A stretch of DNA of 64,000 bases from Tubiluchus corallicola (taxonomy: Eukaryota > Animalia > Priapulida). The stretch spans positions 131,631 through 195,630 of the forward strand of contig JAQGDQ010000443.1 in NCBI GenBank assembly GCA_030141605.1, given 5' to 3'. The translations under genes were made by a program, and so were the position numbers. Of this stretch, positions 26,401-41,400 are shown piece by piece (position 1 is the stretch's first letter; each line of letters opens with the position of its first letter). Below the pieces are notes generated by a model that saw only the letters and a program-made list of their open reading frames with translations, was not told the DNA's origin and ran no database searches.

Positions 26401-29400
26401 ACACTGTTCAAGAAAAACATTGACTTGATGAATGATGACTCCTTTGCTTGATTTATTAGTTTGTTTATTTCATTCATTACATTGGAGTTCGCATTCGTTT
26501 GCTTGTTGGTAGGCCAGTCAGTTAGTCCGCTGGTGATTTGGCTTGTTAGTCTGTCTGTCTATTATTCAATTTACTTACTTCTTTGTTCACCTTTTTCGTT
26601 TGTGTTTGCATTTCGCCACTTTATATCAATTGGTTGCACATCACGTTAAGTGAACAATTAAACTTGATTTTTTATGTATTCGATTTTATAAAGTTGAATA
26701 ACTTACTTTCTTATAATCAGGTTAAAACTTAATTAACGGCGGGCAAGCCTAGTGATAACGTCATAAGTGAACATAATTTGCAAAAGCACACTTATTCCAC
26801 GGGCGTGTTCCTACTGAATTACAAAAAAAACCTGGCAAATTTTAAGTTTAAAATTCAAATTTCAAGTTTACCGCTGTATTCACGTATGAGCTCTCGAACG
26901 TGTGTACTAAGTCACAGCTGAACACCTCTAAACTGAGATGTACAGCACCTTCTTTTTGTGCAACGTGTTTCCGAGTTGTAGGCGTCAGTGCTTGTCCAAC
27001 TAGCGAATGGAAAAATGCATGTAACAGTGAACAACCACCAACCGCAAAATTACGTTTCTGTGGTCGATAATAATTCTTTCACGTGAAAGTGCGTTTAAGG
27101 TTTCCTTTAAGGATTCACAGCAGCATTTTAATTGTTATTCAAATCTGTACAGTGCAATAGTCTTGCAAAATATCGGTAAAATTAGTAAAAAGTTCTTTAA
27201 ATTGACCAATAAAACCCGTATTTTACATGCGGCTATGGGCAGTAAAATTAATTGAGAAAATAAAAATAAAAGTTACCCTACAAGTTTACATTGGATTTGA
27301 AACATTAAAGATTTTACTGCAAGTTTCTGGTGGAACATTAGCAAAAATTTATGGACCAGTGCAAATGTTGCATAGTAACGAAATAAGCTAGTAAAGTCAC
27401 ATTCCTATCTTTCAAGACTAAGTTATAGAAAAATCACGACGATAGTCTTTATTAAACAATTCCAAGTCTATAATGGTGCGTTCAGTCGTTGTGACTTCTC
27501 TCTCAACTTGTTGCGCAACTTTTCTCTCAGAGAAGTCGACAAGCCCTTCACACGTTGCAACCAGTTGCGAGAGAAGTTGTCAAACCGTTCACACGTTGCA
27601 ACTTTACTCTCAGAAAGAAGTTGCGCAACAAGTTGCGAGACAAGTCTATACGTCTGAACGTGCCATAAGATAACGCCAATTGAACGTCAACCACTATAGC
27701 TGTTGCGGATTTTTTCGCAACGAAATGCTTAATGATTTTGGTCATTCATCAAGTGGACAAAAGTAAGAGTAAGTTACCCAATCCATCTTCGAAAAGTTAA
27801 GTGTTTCACATTTAAAAACCACAAATGCCAGTACTTTCAATAAAATAGGGTGTAAACTTGACCAGGCTAAATAAATGTACAGGATCTGTAGATGTGTATG
27901 TGATTATGAGAGAAGCAACTTCCTAATCGCATCATCAGTAATGAAAATCAAGGGTAAGCTAAATAAGCCTTGGGTCTCGCAAGTTACTGTTATCGTTATT
28001 GTTATCGTCATTATTGTCGTTACTATTATCGTTACAGTTATTGTTATCATTACCACTATCATTATTAAAGGTATTGGGATTTGGTACAGCTTCAATAGAT
28101 CTTGTGAATTACAAAGATACAAAGTGTCTTTTTTATTTGCTAGTCATTTATATAAGAATAGGCCATTAAAACTTCGAGAAAATAATCTCATTTTCACTAA
28201 TCTTCTTGTCTTCCTAATCAAAAAATGACTGACAACAACCTTTTAAAAATATTTTCCACTTCAAGAATTTTCCACATTCTATACTAGTCACCCAGCTGTG
28301 ACTAGTATAATAGAATTCTATTACGCTACTATGATTTTACCAATTACTTTATTCGTGGTTTCCTAAGTATGTAATCTAAATATGTGATTAAGTAATGATT
28401 AGTGTTGATTGGTGATAAATGGCACTTACCTCCTTTTATTTGCCTAATGTGACTTGCAGTTTTTGTTCTTGTACACCAACCAACATTTTTATTATGTCCG
28501 TCTCATAAACATTGTACTAAAACTAGTGTGTACAGGGTGGTGCATAACATATTCTTGGGGGAGGTCAAAAATAAGGTGTGTAGGTAACTTATTCTGTCAA
28601 AGTATTGCAGAATCAATCAAGATTGTATCGCGTCCTAAAGGTTATTGTGGAAGCCTCGCGCAATATGGAATCTTGAGCGGAATGATTGCAGCAACGACTC
28701 GAAGAACTCATCATTTAACACATTTTGCATATGTTTCACGAGCTTATCTTAGTGTCACAGTGATCGGGGTACAACTGTAAATGTAATAATAACGAATACA
28801 TGTCAGAGGGTACAAAAGAAAAAAGTGACTTCAATTTTAAAGGAAAGACCAAGCCTTCTAGGAAGTTAGTCTGATTTAAATGTTTGCGAAAAATGTTAGA
28901 AAAATTTATCAATCTTGACAAGCACCTCGTGTGAGTAGTAAAATCACTTGATAGTCACGATCTTTTCACGCTTGGGCGCTTTCATTTTGAACGTAGTTTT
29001 GAGTTCGATACCAACAGCTGCCAATGTCAGGGCCTATACCCTATATGTTATTTGCGTATTGTGTTATTATCTGAATTGTTGTAAATGTAAGTTGCTAAAT
29101 AGCCTTTACTGCTAATGTTGTCTGTTAAACAAATAAATCTTGCCTTTGTCTTTTTTACAATTATCAAAATACATTATGATTTACAACTGCTGTACTGGCA
29201 AACAGCAACATCTGACAAACAAAAAGGAAGCCAGTTGATGCTTTTTTACAACGTCTGAGTGGTTTACTTAACTTCTCATTAATCACAGCCTAACTGAGTC
29301 AAATCTTAATTCAGCCTTGAAAGAGATAGGACTAAGCAGCAATTTATAAAATTTAGCCACTTCTAATAACAATAATTTCTGGACGCGACGAACTGTCACG

Positions 29401-32400
29401 CTTGTTAGATGCTTGCATGTCATCATTATTTATCCATGAAATGTAAATTACTGACACGCTTGTTGTTTAGTTGCCAAGTTGGGAAGAAAACACAGCAGTA
29501 CATTGAGCGGTCAGTCTGTGGGGGATTATGCTGCGTTGATACATTTAGCAAAGAGTGAAGAAATTCCTAAGCACATAAAAGACTAATGAAATGGTTTTGT
29601 TCACCCACTCTTTGTTTTTTCAAATAATAATAAATTTATTTATGAATATAATTACAATACAATACAATGCAATACAAGACAAGACAATACAATATACAAT
29701 GCAAATATGTTTAGCATCATTCTTCTCAGATCCAGGTTATGAAGGTGCATGTGAACGCAATACCAGTTTGAAAAACACAAAAACTTGGATGCACTTGATT
29801 ATAGATTAGTTTAATAACCTTCTGAACTATCTTGTTATGCAAACCCAAGCTTTACTACAAACAGTAGAACCAATGATAAGGTTACTTTGCCTTACCTGAG
29901 TGAATTCCAATCCTTAGCTGCAGCAGCCTAGTAGGTCGATGTCTTATTCTAAACGTTGTTGTTGAGCTAAGTAACTCCAAGGCCATAGAAGCGATTTCTG
30001 CTGCATGTCTGTTGCCATTCTTCACTGGTAAACCGCTCACTACCATATAAGCATCTCCTATTGTTTCTACCTGTACGTGCGACATAATTATATCAAAATA
30101 AATCTTAAAAATTTAGTCCACTAAACGGCCACATTGCATAGCCCAGAAATATTTATTCAACTTATGAACCATAATTACAGTTCTGTCATTATATGTTTGA
30201 AACATCTACTACCTATTATTATTATTCATAAGTTGAATAACTAATTCGAATTTAATGTGATCTGTTTCTGTGATCATTTGAGTGGCTATTTTTCTAATCA
30301 ATTTGAAATACCTAAGTGACAAGCAAATGAAACTCCATAATATAGAGGTTCTGCGGGGGAACCTTTTCCTGGAAAGGGAAAACTGTAATTTAATGCTTTT
30401 TTCATGAATCTTTTTAATGAATCTCAGCCTAACAACCATTTTTTTGTTTCTTTCTTCAAATGGGCTTTACAAGTTACGCAATCCGTCACTCAACTATAAA
30501 TACTAAGCAAATGTAGGTGGCTAACTATCTACTATTTATCGTTTATTTTGATTGGTTTGTATTTGTATTTGTATTTTTAGCCGACTGAATACTAAACAGC
30601 TAAGTAATTATATAGCTCCAATAAGTTGATCTCCCCTTTTCAACTGAATATGTAAATTACTCTTATTCCCATGTCAACATAGAGTTACTGGCACACAGCA
30701 ACTACAACCTGTTACCTTGTAAACATCGCAGGACTCTAATATCGTGTCAAAACAAGTATATAAATCATTGAGAAAGTCTACAACCTGAAACAGAATGAGA
30801 AACACGCTAATAAATTAGTGAAGAATACAAGCGAAGCCAAGACCTGAATAAATCTTTGAAGAGAAAACATTAAGAAACAAAAACCTACATAAATCATTGC
30901 TCAAACTATACAGTTTGAAATCGTTTGGTGAAAAATTATGTTAACAAACTATTATTTTTAAAATGAAAGCAATCTGTCAGATGTCGACTGAACAAGGTTG
31001 ACTAGGCGGCTCGTTACTCAAAATAGGATAGAACGAGCGCTAGTCGATTGTGAGACTCTCAAAAGGGGTAACTGGCGACCGAAAGACAATGTCGTCCAAA
31101 ACGGTGATCCAATTTGGTAAGACCAAAATGATCGTCCGTTTATTGGGAGACCAGAAAATGTCGACCAAGTGTTCAAATAATTAATTAGAGTACTATATCC
31201 ATAACAAGTCTGCATAACTTTGTATTGAGTAATACGGTACATGTATACGTCATAATCAATTTGTTTATTGTAAATATGTTACCCAAGATAAAAGACGTTG
31301 CATACTTAATTTTATGACGGTGACTGTGTTTGTTATGTGAATGAATTTATAGCAGGATAAAATTTCATGTTCTGCTTGGAAGATAAGCAAATTCTACAAC
31401 CTGCCACCTCGTAAAAAGGCTAATAAATTTTAGTGAAAGTTACTTTCCTATTTCTTCTGCTTTCTTCCTTCCCTTGCTTCCCTTCTTTCTTTTCTTTTCC
31501 TTTACACTCATTTCCTCTCTTCTCTTTCCTGCTCCCCTCCCCTTTCCTTTCCTTTCCTCTCCTCTCTTCTTGCTTGTTTAGTAGGGGCACTTGCAACACC
31601 ATCAATCTAGCCAACTCCTGACACCAATGTGCTGCCAAGACTTACAGCACAAGGCTAGGAGATCCGGGAGTTCAGATCGGTACGCATCATACAGCAGCTA
31701 CCGACGCCAAGTAATCTGGAAGACGCTTCCCGAGCTTAATGAATTAATCAAAATCAATATTTACGCCACATTCGATAGCAGATAAAAAGCTTCAAAATGC
31801 GAAAAGATGACTTAACCTATTCCATACTAGCCTAATTTATTTATTTATAGAGGAAGAAAATGATTTTAGCCTACCCAAACTATTCAAGACATCTAATGAA
31901 ACCTATTAAACTAAAAACAATGGCCTGTTAAGTTATTTTAGCAAAGCTGCAAACAGAATACACCATTTTTCTTAAACAAAAGTAGATGATTACATACGAT
32001 GATGGTGACATTAGGCCCAGTTTCAGCACCCAGAACTCAGGTAACTTTCCTATTTTATACATTGTCCAGGAGACTACTCTACGCTTTTGGTCGATTTGGT
32101 ATTGATGGGCCGCTAATATCATACTTTACCCACCGAATCAATTGCTTGTAATTCTTTCCTTAAGGAATAAATTGACCGCATTCTATATCCTGATTCTAAT
32201 TTTATTTTAGATCATGATAGGACTTTTATCACAAAACATGAGAATATCATTCTCTTGTGGTTTAATTAAGATGTCATAATTTTTGCTAAGTGTAGTTTAG
32301 ACATTTACTAGATAATAAAGTTTGATGAATAAATCTTAATGATATTATCGGAAGTGCGTTAGCGCATTATTTTGCTGCAATTGCGTAAATATACTGCTGT

Positions 32401-35400
32401 TATAAAAGTGGCAGATTAGATTTAATGAGTTAGTTATGTTATTACAGTGTTTAAAACTATATTTTCTAGGAATCGAGCACACTTCGCCTTGAATTGCTGA
32501 GTTGGACCCGCAACTTTATGGTTAGTAGGCCTACATTTAGCAGCACCATGTTTTTCTTTTATTGTAGTGTATTTCTTTTACTTTCATTTTTTTAATTGCA
32601 AAATTTTTAAATTCATTCATGGTGCATTTCACTTACGCTTTTTATGCATTATTGACTTGTAAAGCCCTAGAGCATTTTATGCATTTGAGGCTAATAAATT
32701 ATTGCTATTATTATTTTCGCTAGATCCCAAGTTTTTATGGTAAAAGGCCCAGAGGCTCCATACAATTTTTTTACCATGGCTTAAATGACCAATGACTAAA
32801 GCTGCGAGAGTCGCAAAATCAAGCTATTTTACACTCTGAACTCTGTTTTTCATATGTGAACGTCTTCGCCATTCTGCACTCCCAAAGTACACTTGTACGT
32901 GTAACACGAATACGGTAATTATTCTGCATGTAGCAAAGAGGCATTATTGCGATCATATTGTACTCAGTTCTGAAGTGATTTTTCAAGTTACAGATTTTGG
33001 GCATTGTGTGCCATAGTTTATATTTTATTGTATATGTGTGTATATATTTGTATATGACTTTAAGCTGAAATAAACTGATAAATAATAAAAAATAAAAACG
33101 TATACGTGACTTACATATACGTGAATTCATGCACGCACCAATACACATGTGTGCAAAGTGCATATACCCTCCAAACTTGCTCATCCCATCTGCTGAACCT
33201 CCTTCTGGCCCATTTTACACAAAGGACTCAAGGAAACTGACGTACGGATTTGTTTCAGAAAAGTAGAAAATTTTCAGAAAAATGTCAAATTTTTCTTGAC
33301 AACGCACACAACAAGGAAGTTCATTTCACACAGAAACCGCGCGGATAGGTTTTATCAACAGCAGAATTGTGTTAGTTGTTATTCGTTAAACAAGAAAGGC
33401 AGCAGAATTTCTCACGAGAAAAATCATGAGGGAAATTCCTCGCGAGGAGTCTGTATGGAATGCGCCACAGAGAGCAATGTGTTCCATTTTCATAATGAAT
33501 CCCGTAGGGACTTTTACCTCGGGGTATTTTCCGCGTGTCTTCTGTGTGAAAAGGCCCCTATAATTCAATTACAAGAAATGTCACTTGGTTTGCACAGTGA
33601 GTGGTAAATTCATCATAACTTCATCATAATTATGCTTTTTCAGTTATGATTAGGATAATTTTAACATTGCCTTGGATATAAGACTGCATCAACCTAGAGT
33701 CCTTGTACACGTACATGTCTTTTAGTGTTATGCTTCGACTCTAAACAGACTAGTGTCCAGAGTAGTGTATTGTGCCGCCATCTGTTATGAAATTAAGCCA
33801 ACATAAACACAAATATGTTCTTCAATTACATGACTCACTTCTAAAGGGGTGCTTTCTGATGCAAGCCTGGTAAAGCCTACAATGTCGCTGAAAAATATGG
33901 TCACTTCGTTAAAATATTCCGGGTTAACCGTTTTGCCTAATTTCAGATCCTCCGCTACAGACCTGCAATAAAAAGTAGTGCATCTGAAAATCTTGCAAAG
34001 ATTTGGTGTGACATTCCTTAGAAATGCCGAAATACTGACATTGACGTTGCATTTTTATGTTTACGTATTTTCCTCAATTTCTTTTTATTACCCATAAACA
34101 GTTGTTTAAACTTTTTTGTCAGTGCTACATGAAATACTACTATCTTTGTAGTTGTGCTAAAGTAGTGTTTCTTTTATAACATACAAACCAGTTATAAACC
34201 TATAAGGCACACGTTATAAACGAAATCAATATTTCTAAAAAGTATATGTTGGTGTTGTTGTTTATTAAGAAAGTGCATTAAATTTATTTGTACATTTAAA
34301 CTGCAAGAGGAATGCAACAGAGTAGGGTGATCACGGTGTGAATTGGATGGGTGACTTCAGAACTATTTCTGAATAATTTCACCTATCATACTGCCAGCAC
34401 TATAAATTCTGTCTAAAATAAATCAAAAATGGTTAACCACCTTGGTAACATTCTGTGCAACAGTTGCTCTGTTTTCTTCTGTTCTTCTGCTAACTGTATT
34501 GTACGTTCTTCGACCAAATCTTCCAGGTTGTTAGCGTATTTCTCCATCATATTCATCATGTTATCGACCAAATTTGTTTGTCTAATTTGGAATAAAATAA
34601 GCAGTTTGAAGAAATTAAGAAACAGCTATAACTCGGACAAATAAATTGCAACTATTAACTATTTTTTAAATTTAAATTAAAATAGAGTACTTTCCTTTTC
34701 TTTCCTTCAGAAATTGAAATATTTCTTTTTCTTTCCATCAGAAATTGCTTTTTCAACAGGACATTTTGCTGTTTATTTGGGTCAAACTTTCAGTCTGAGT
34801 AGACGTTTCTCATTTTGTTGATTAGATGTTTACACGTAATTAAGTCAATCAAATGGCTGACCTAGTTTGTACATAGGTAACTTGATAGGTTCTTAATTGA
34901 TTGATAATGATAACAAGGTGATTAGATAAGCTATGTGGGAAAAGAAACGGCTGCCTCAATAACTTAAGGTATTTCCCTTTAGATAAACGTCTAAGAAAGT
35001 AAATAGTTAAAGTGTGCCATTGTTTTAACTTAAAATAGACGTTCTCGGTACCAGGAAGAACAGCTAAGTGATCAAGATCGTATACTTGGTTGGCATGTTA
35101 AGCAGTGCCAACTCTGCTAGCAGATGGGCGACCGTAGACCCTCAATGGATGGCATTCCTCACAAAAATGGAACACATTGTTTTCTATGGCGCAGTGCGGA
35201 AAAATTGCAGTTCCTCGTAAGGAATTCTGTCGCCAGCCAGAAGGTATGCATCGTCCTCTTGATGAATTTTGCCACCTAGTATAAATACTGCATGTTCCAA
35301 TTTCGTTAAGAATCCTCGCGGAATTCAGTCTTAAATTTAACTACTCAATTATTTCTTTCCCATTTAACCCACTTCAGCATAAAATTATAAGACTTAATTT

Positions 35401-38400
35401 CTCTTTTAACAGACTGTCGATTCTATGTTTTACTAATACAACATCGATGACTACATTCGTGAAAATGAAATATAACGCACGCATTTATTTGATACATGTA
35501 TATTTTTAGATTCTGAAGTGGTTAGTAAAACGTTACTGAAAAATAAACAGGGCTGATATTACATTGACTAACATTATTAATTGTACTTTGCATATGAGAA
35601 GTACGGCAAGTATAACTTTAATTTAGACATGGTTATACAGTATAAAACTCGCAAAGTAGCACAATTAAGTGGGCGCGCGGATAAAAACCGCGCTGTTTCA
35701 CTGTGAAATGAACTTTCTTACTGCATGGGATTTCGAGAAAAATCGGAAATTTTCAGAAAATGTTCTGACAGCAATTCCGTGCGTCATTTTTCCTTGCGTC
35801 TTCACTGTGAAATGGGCCATACTGACTTCACTGTGAAATGGACCAGACTAAAAAATGGTTCCTTTTTAAAAGCGGCCCGATTAGGCACTCATGTCTCTAT
35901 GCATTTTGTAGTTCTTAGAAACTTTGTCGCTACATTCTGCTTAAATTGTAAAATCAGTTTTTGGCTATTTATAGTTTTTATTTTCATGTAAATATGACTG
36001 CTGCTCTGCAACGTTTTTTTTGCACGAAAAAGCACAATCACTTTGTCTCCTGGTTTGATTAGACATTAGTTGTCATGTTGTTTATGAAAGGGAGTTTTGG
36101 TCGACGCAAGCTAATGTCCCAATTTCCTCTGAGCGTGCTTACGTCACAACGTAGGCAGTGTGATAGGCCAATATGCTTGTCGTCAATTATGGATAACCTT
36201 ACAAGTTCAGTCTAACCTCTGATGATTATCTTTAAAAACTAACTAGAATTTGGTTCCGCCACTACCGTTTCATGCATCAAGAAGGTGCTGTCAGGGTATG
36301 TGGGACACTGGGTTGCAAAATGCTGAATAATTATAAAAAGAAATACTTGGTAAACAACAAAATTATTATCGTAAAAAAGTCAGCTTACAGTGAACTGGAC
36401 GAAAAAACAAACAACTACGCAGCAAGTTACCTTCCTTTGTTAAGCTTCTTTAAGCAATCGGTTATGGTAAGAAAATTTGGTCTAAACTGTGGAATTTCTT
36501 CCCAGCACATGCGCATTAGATCAAGGAAATTGTCGTCTGCGCTGTCCTCTGCTACCTTAGGTCGAAACGGCGGGTGCTCAGGCCCCTTAATTTTCTTGAT
36601 GATTTCTAGTAAAGAAAACAAAGCTGTCATAACACATACAAATTTCGTAAGAAGAACTGAATCAATGAATCCTCTCACCATTAAAAATTTAAGAGACACA
36701 ATGTTTCAGCTATATGCTGTATTCAGATGAAAGGATCAACAAATAGTAAAAAAAATCACTTTGAGGGCTTTATAATTTAAATTTTATAGATTCAGTAATT
36801 TATACCGTAACATCAATAACTAAGCACAGAATATACGGCACAGAAAAAGCGATGGTGAAAAAACCCAAAAACATGAAAGGAAATGGTGAAAATTCTGGAT
36901 TTAAATCAAACGAAAATGCCTGCATCTATTGTGATCACAACGTTGAACTTGTAACCCAATAGTCCATAATTCAAAACAAGAATTAATTCTGACTTTTCCA
37001 CATTTTCGCCAAATTTCTATCCACATTTCCTTTCTTGAAAAGTTTGGTTTCAAAGATTCAATAACTGTAGCTTCGTTGCATTAGCATTTTATCATCTCTT
37101 ACACAGTTACCATTTACATAAGATGCAATGAAATCAAGTACCTTTTGGCGTAATATCGTAGCTCATGTAAGGCGGGTCTCTGGTTACAATTTCTGTGAGT
37201 ATGATAGCAAATGAGAAGACATCGCCCTTTTGTGACACACCCGACCAAGGATCTGACAAGTGCTCAGGAGCAATCCAGAAAAGCGCTGAAATAGTAAGAA
37301 AGATTTCTTTCACCCACCCTTTCAGAACTGGAACTTAGTAATTTCAGTTCCTGAAGGTGACTATGTAGCTGTCACAATGTTTATGATCTTTTAATCTTTT
37401 ATGAAGTCTAAATTTTGCTTTATGTAGTTGACCTCTAATTAGTCGTTTCTTAACAATTTACATAAAACCATTGGAAAACTGAAAAGACATACATTTGTAT
37501 TACACCTAGCATTTGTTCTTCAACGTTTTGTCAGCACTGGTCATTGGGATTAAAAATTTTTGCCTGAGATGAATGTATCTATGGGGGTTGCGTAATTATG
37601 CACACCCATAACTCTTGCTCCAAAACATTCTTTTCAGTTCTAATTTCCCTAAACATAGGACTGATATCACTCTCTCAGGTGAATGGCCTCAGTTCGCAGT
37701 AGTTCTGGTAATGGATGCTAAATTATAACACTTCAACAATGAAGCATTGTTTTCCAAAGATTTGAGGTTGACATAAGGTTTAACATAAATTATTGGAATT
37801 GAATTAAGATAGGTTAAATGTTCGATGCTTTCAGTGAATTTCTGCTTGAAGTCCTCTTTCCAAATAGTTTTAAATTCTGATTACACCAAGCGCCGTATCC
37901 TTTCCATAAAATTTTTTACATGGATTACATTTAGCAATGGTAATGTAAATTATGATTACCAAGTGCATGCATCGAACATTAATTTAACCAAAAGGAAAAT
38001 GCAGAGTGTCACAGTAAAAAGCACAGTACCCGCATATTTTTGATGCTCTCCTAATGAGCGGCTCCTTTCCCCTTCTCTGAATTTTCGAAGGCCCATGTCA
38101 GATATTTTGCAAACCCACCGACTGTCCACCAGAATGTTTGATGATTTCAGTGAGCCATGAACTTGTATTGATGTAGAGTGCAGGTAGGCCATACCCTGGT
38201 TAAAAAGTGATACGTGTCACAACAATGAAACTAGTACTGATGGCTATATAGTATTAACTATATTAATCATTAATTAATTGTAATTTTAATAGAAAAGTTA
38301 TTATTAATGATAGTTCAAGCCCACAATTAATTGACCATTACGGTTATCATGTTTCCCGGCGATTATGTGACAGTCGAAAGTCCATCCCTTACCTGGCCAA

Positions 38401-41400
38401 CCAATTATTTAACTAATTGTAGGTTTTAGAATAAACAGTATTATCAAAGCACTGATATAAAACTTCATCACAAATGCACAGATTTTTTTCAAAACTTCGG
38501 AAGCTTCTTCTGCCACTGGCAAATATATAATAAATTTTAAAAGACTACTAAAAAATATTAGGCATTTGGCAATGGCAGAAGAGGCTGCCGAAGCATTGTG
38601 ATTCTGGAAATAAAATACATTTTTAGTGAAGTTTTACATCGCCTTCTTGACACCATTATTTATAAATACTTAGATTTGCAAACATCCGTTCAACTGTGGA
38701 TTTGTACCATCATCTTTGTATTAATCACGTTATAGTATTGGTATTCTACACCATAATATCATGATCCCGCAGTTAGAATTCAAATTTCAGTGCAGACAGA
38801 AGTCAAGCACATATTCTATTAAAATAGCTTTTGCAGCGCTAAATTAAACAAAGTTCCACTATGCCACACCTGTATAGTATATTCAAATTAGTTTACAAAA
38901 ACACTCAGCGTTTTACCCAAATAATTTAGGAGCGTAAATTTAGCCAAATAGGACCCTCAAATTTGAAATCAGATAGACATTACCTTGGCTATATCTGATG
39001 CAAAAGACAGCTTGAAAATCCAGTCAAGTTTGATATTATCGTTTTGCAGAACATCTTGAAGACTTCCTTTACTGCAGTAAGTGGTTACAATGAATATTTT
39101 ATTGGGTTCTACACAAGCGCCAACCAACGTGTTAACGTTAACATGGCGTAAATCTTTCACCTGCTCAAGAAAAAAATTCGAAGTTTTAACGAATCTAAAT
39201 GTTTAGTACTTTCATTTTCACCCTGCCTTATAACAACCACACCTCCACCACCACCGCCAGCAGCACCGCCGCCGTCCGCCACTAAAGGCACGCGAGGAAA
39301 CCTTCGAACCGAGTATGCACGCGGATACCAAGAAGCCTGGATTAGAATGGAAATGGTACTTGAGTCCAATGCCATTTATTTTATTTGATGTTAAATTTCC
39401 TCATTTTTTGTAAAGTTTTGATGTTTTCACGACAAGAATTTACAACTGCCACGGAATCTATTTTCTCGTAAAAATTTGGAATCCCTAGCGCATAACCATA
39501 TACACGTTAGAATCAAAGAAACCCCCGCAATGTATACATTTGAGGAAAATGAAAAATCGGGCTTCGTTATGGTCTGCACAATGGTCGGTAATACATGGAT
39601 ACTTATATGGAAATTATTCATGGATAATTTCAGCCTCCTACGACAAAAAGAGCTTATGATAGCATTCAAAGGGAAATGTGACATCAACAGAACCACCACC
39701 AACAACAACAACATGATCAAGCTGTAGAGACCACACATTTCGCACCGGATCTAAAAAGCCATTCATTAGCCTCATTAATTCACCATCCTCATTAGCCTCG
39801 ACGATCATTAGTTAACCTCATTAGTTCACTAGCTTAGTGACAAACAAAAATAATCAAAGTGGCAGAATCTAAATCAAAATAATTTTTCACTTATGTAACC
39901 TAATCAATCTAGCCCAATTTAATAATTTCAGGTAAACGAAACAAAAAGATCCATTTTGTCTTCCCCAATAATTTAGCAAAATTAGCCTATTAATCTTATA
40001 CTTACAAATACAGATCTTTTAACTTAACAAGCAAACAAAACTAAGAGTAAAATGCATTCAAAGATATACGAGGCTGTCCCCTGATTGCAATATAGGGCCT
40101 ACTTGGAACATGGGCTGAAAATGAATCGTTCAGTCCAGTAGTCAACTTAGAAACCTCTGAGTTCAGCTAGTGCCTTTTATAACTTTAGGTATGTTAATGT
40201 TCTGATTACAGGTAAGTAGCTAAACAATTGCAAATATACGAAAATGGTACTCATAGTAAATTTAGACTAAACTACTAAAACTACTAAACTCAGCCAATAA
40301 GCCTATCATTAAGAAAAACTGGTAACAAAAACATTTACTAAAGCCCCTCTTGCCTTTGTACATACGAACATATTATACCTGCGATTATTTTTTCTACAAT
40401 AAGCTGATTATGTGATCATCACCAAACTTTTAGCTATTTTTTTCTTTCCAACCGTTTGTTAGGTCACGAAAATAGAATATGGAATAAATTTCATTTTTCA
40501 ATCCCGTAGACGATCTTATGTAGACTGTTCGAGTTACGTAAGCTCCACCGACATCTTTTAACAATGATTATAACCAGAAAGACTAATTATGACAGTTCTC
40601 ACGAATTCCTGTGAATGAGTTAAACTCTGCCGCTAGGTCTCAATTATTGCTGACTAGCTTATTCCCGTTCCTACAAGCTGTACAAATCTACATCGAGGTG
40701 CTCAGATTGTAATTTTTATACGTAGGTTAGCCTTGAATCATTTATACCTGTTAACTCGGACTTCAAACTGAAGTTATAAATTTCATTGTCATCTCTGAAC
40801 AGGTAGGTCATTTGACGTTTGCGATCATTAAAGCAGCATCATATGTTCTGCCTAACCACGTTAAGTCAATTTGTTCTTTTTTACAGTTAATCAAATAATT
40901 GTATTTTTCTAACTTGCAAGGTCATAAACTACTAAACCGAACCGCCTATTTTACTGATAGCAAAACGCTTTAATCAGTAACTCATAGACGTAAGGGTTGT
41001 GCATTTCTTCATATAAAAAGCGAAATTAGACTATATATTTCCACGAATTCACTTACAATTTCAATCGACAATCTGTAATAAAATTTAGAACTAGGCGGGT
41101 ATCTTTCACGCGAACTAATGAAAAGTTGAGCATTTCTCATGACAGTTGTAGCATGTCCAGTAAATAGCAATACATAGTTGCAGCTTATGTCCTGAGAACA
41201 CGCGTGGAAGGTGTGTGGAAAAACACGCACGCCGATTGAGCAGTCAACAAACCTTGACTGAGCATGCTTCACATTCTGCTTGACGAGTTCACGTTAATTA
41301 CTCATACGTGTAATACCAACTTACCGGGAATTTTTTATTGTTGATTTAATTAAAACATAATTTATTTTAGGTTTGGATCATTCAGCTTTGACAACGTGAT

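Noticed and set aside
38030-38195. Active protein kinase
   Set aside because: HGSLKSSN lacks the catalytic Asp. This is the normal kinase-homology domain of receptor guanylyl cyclases, not a novelty.
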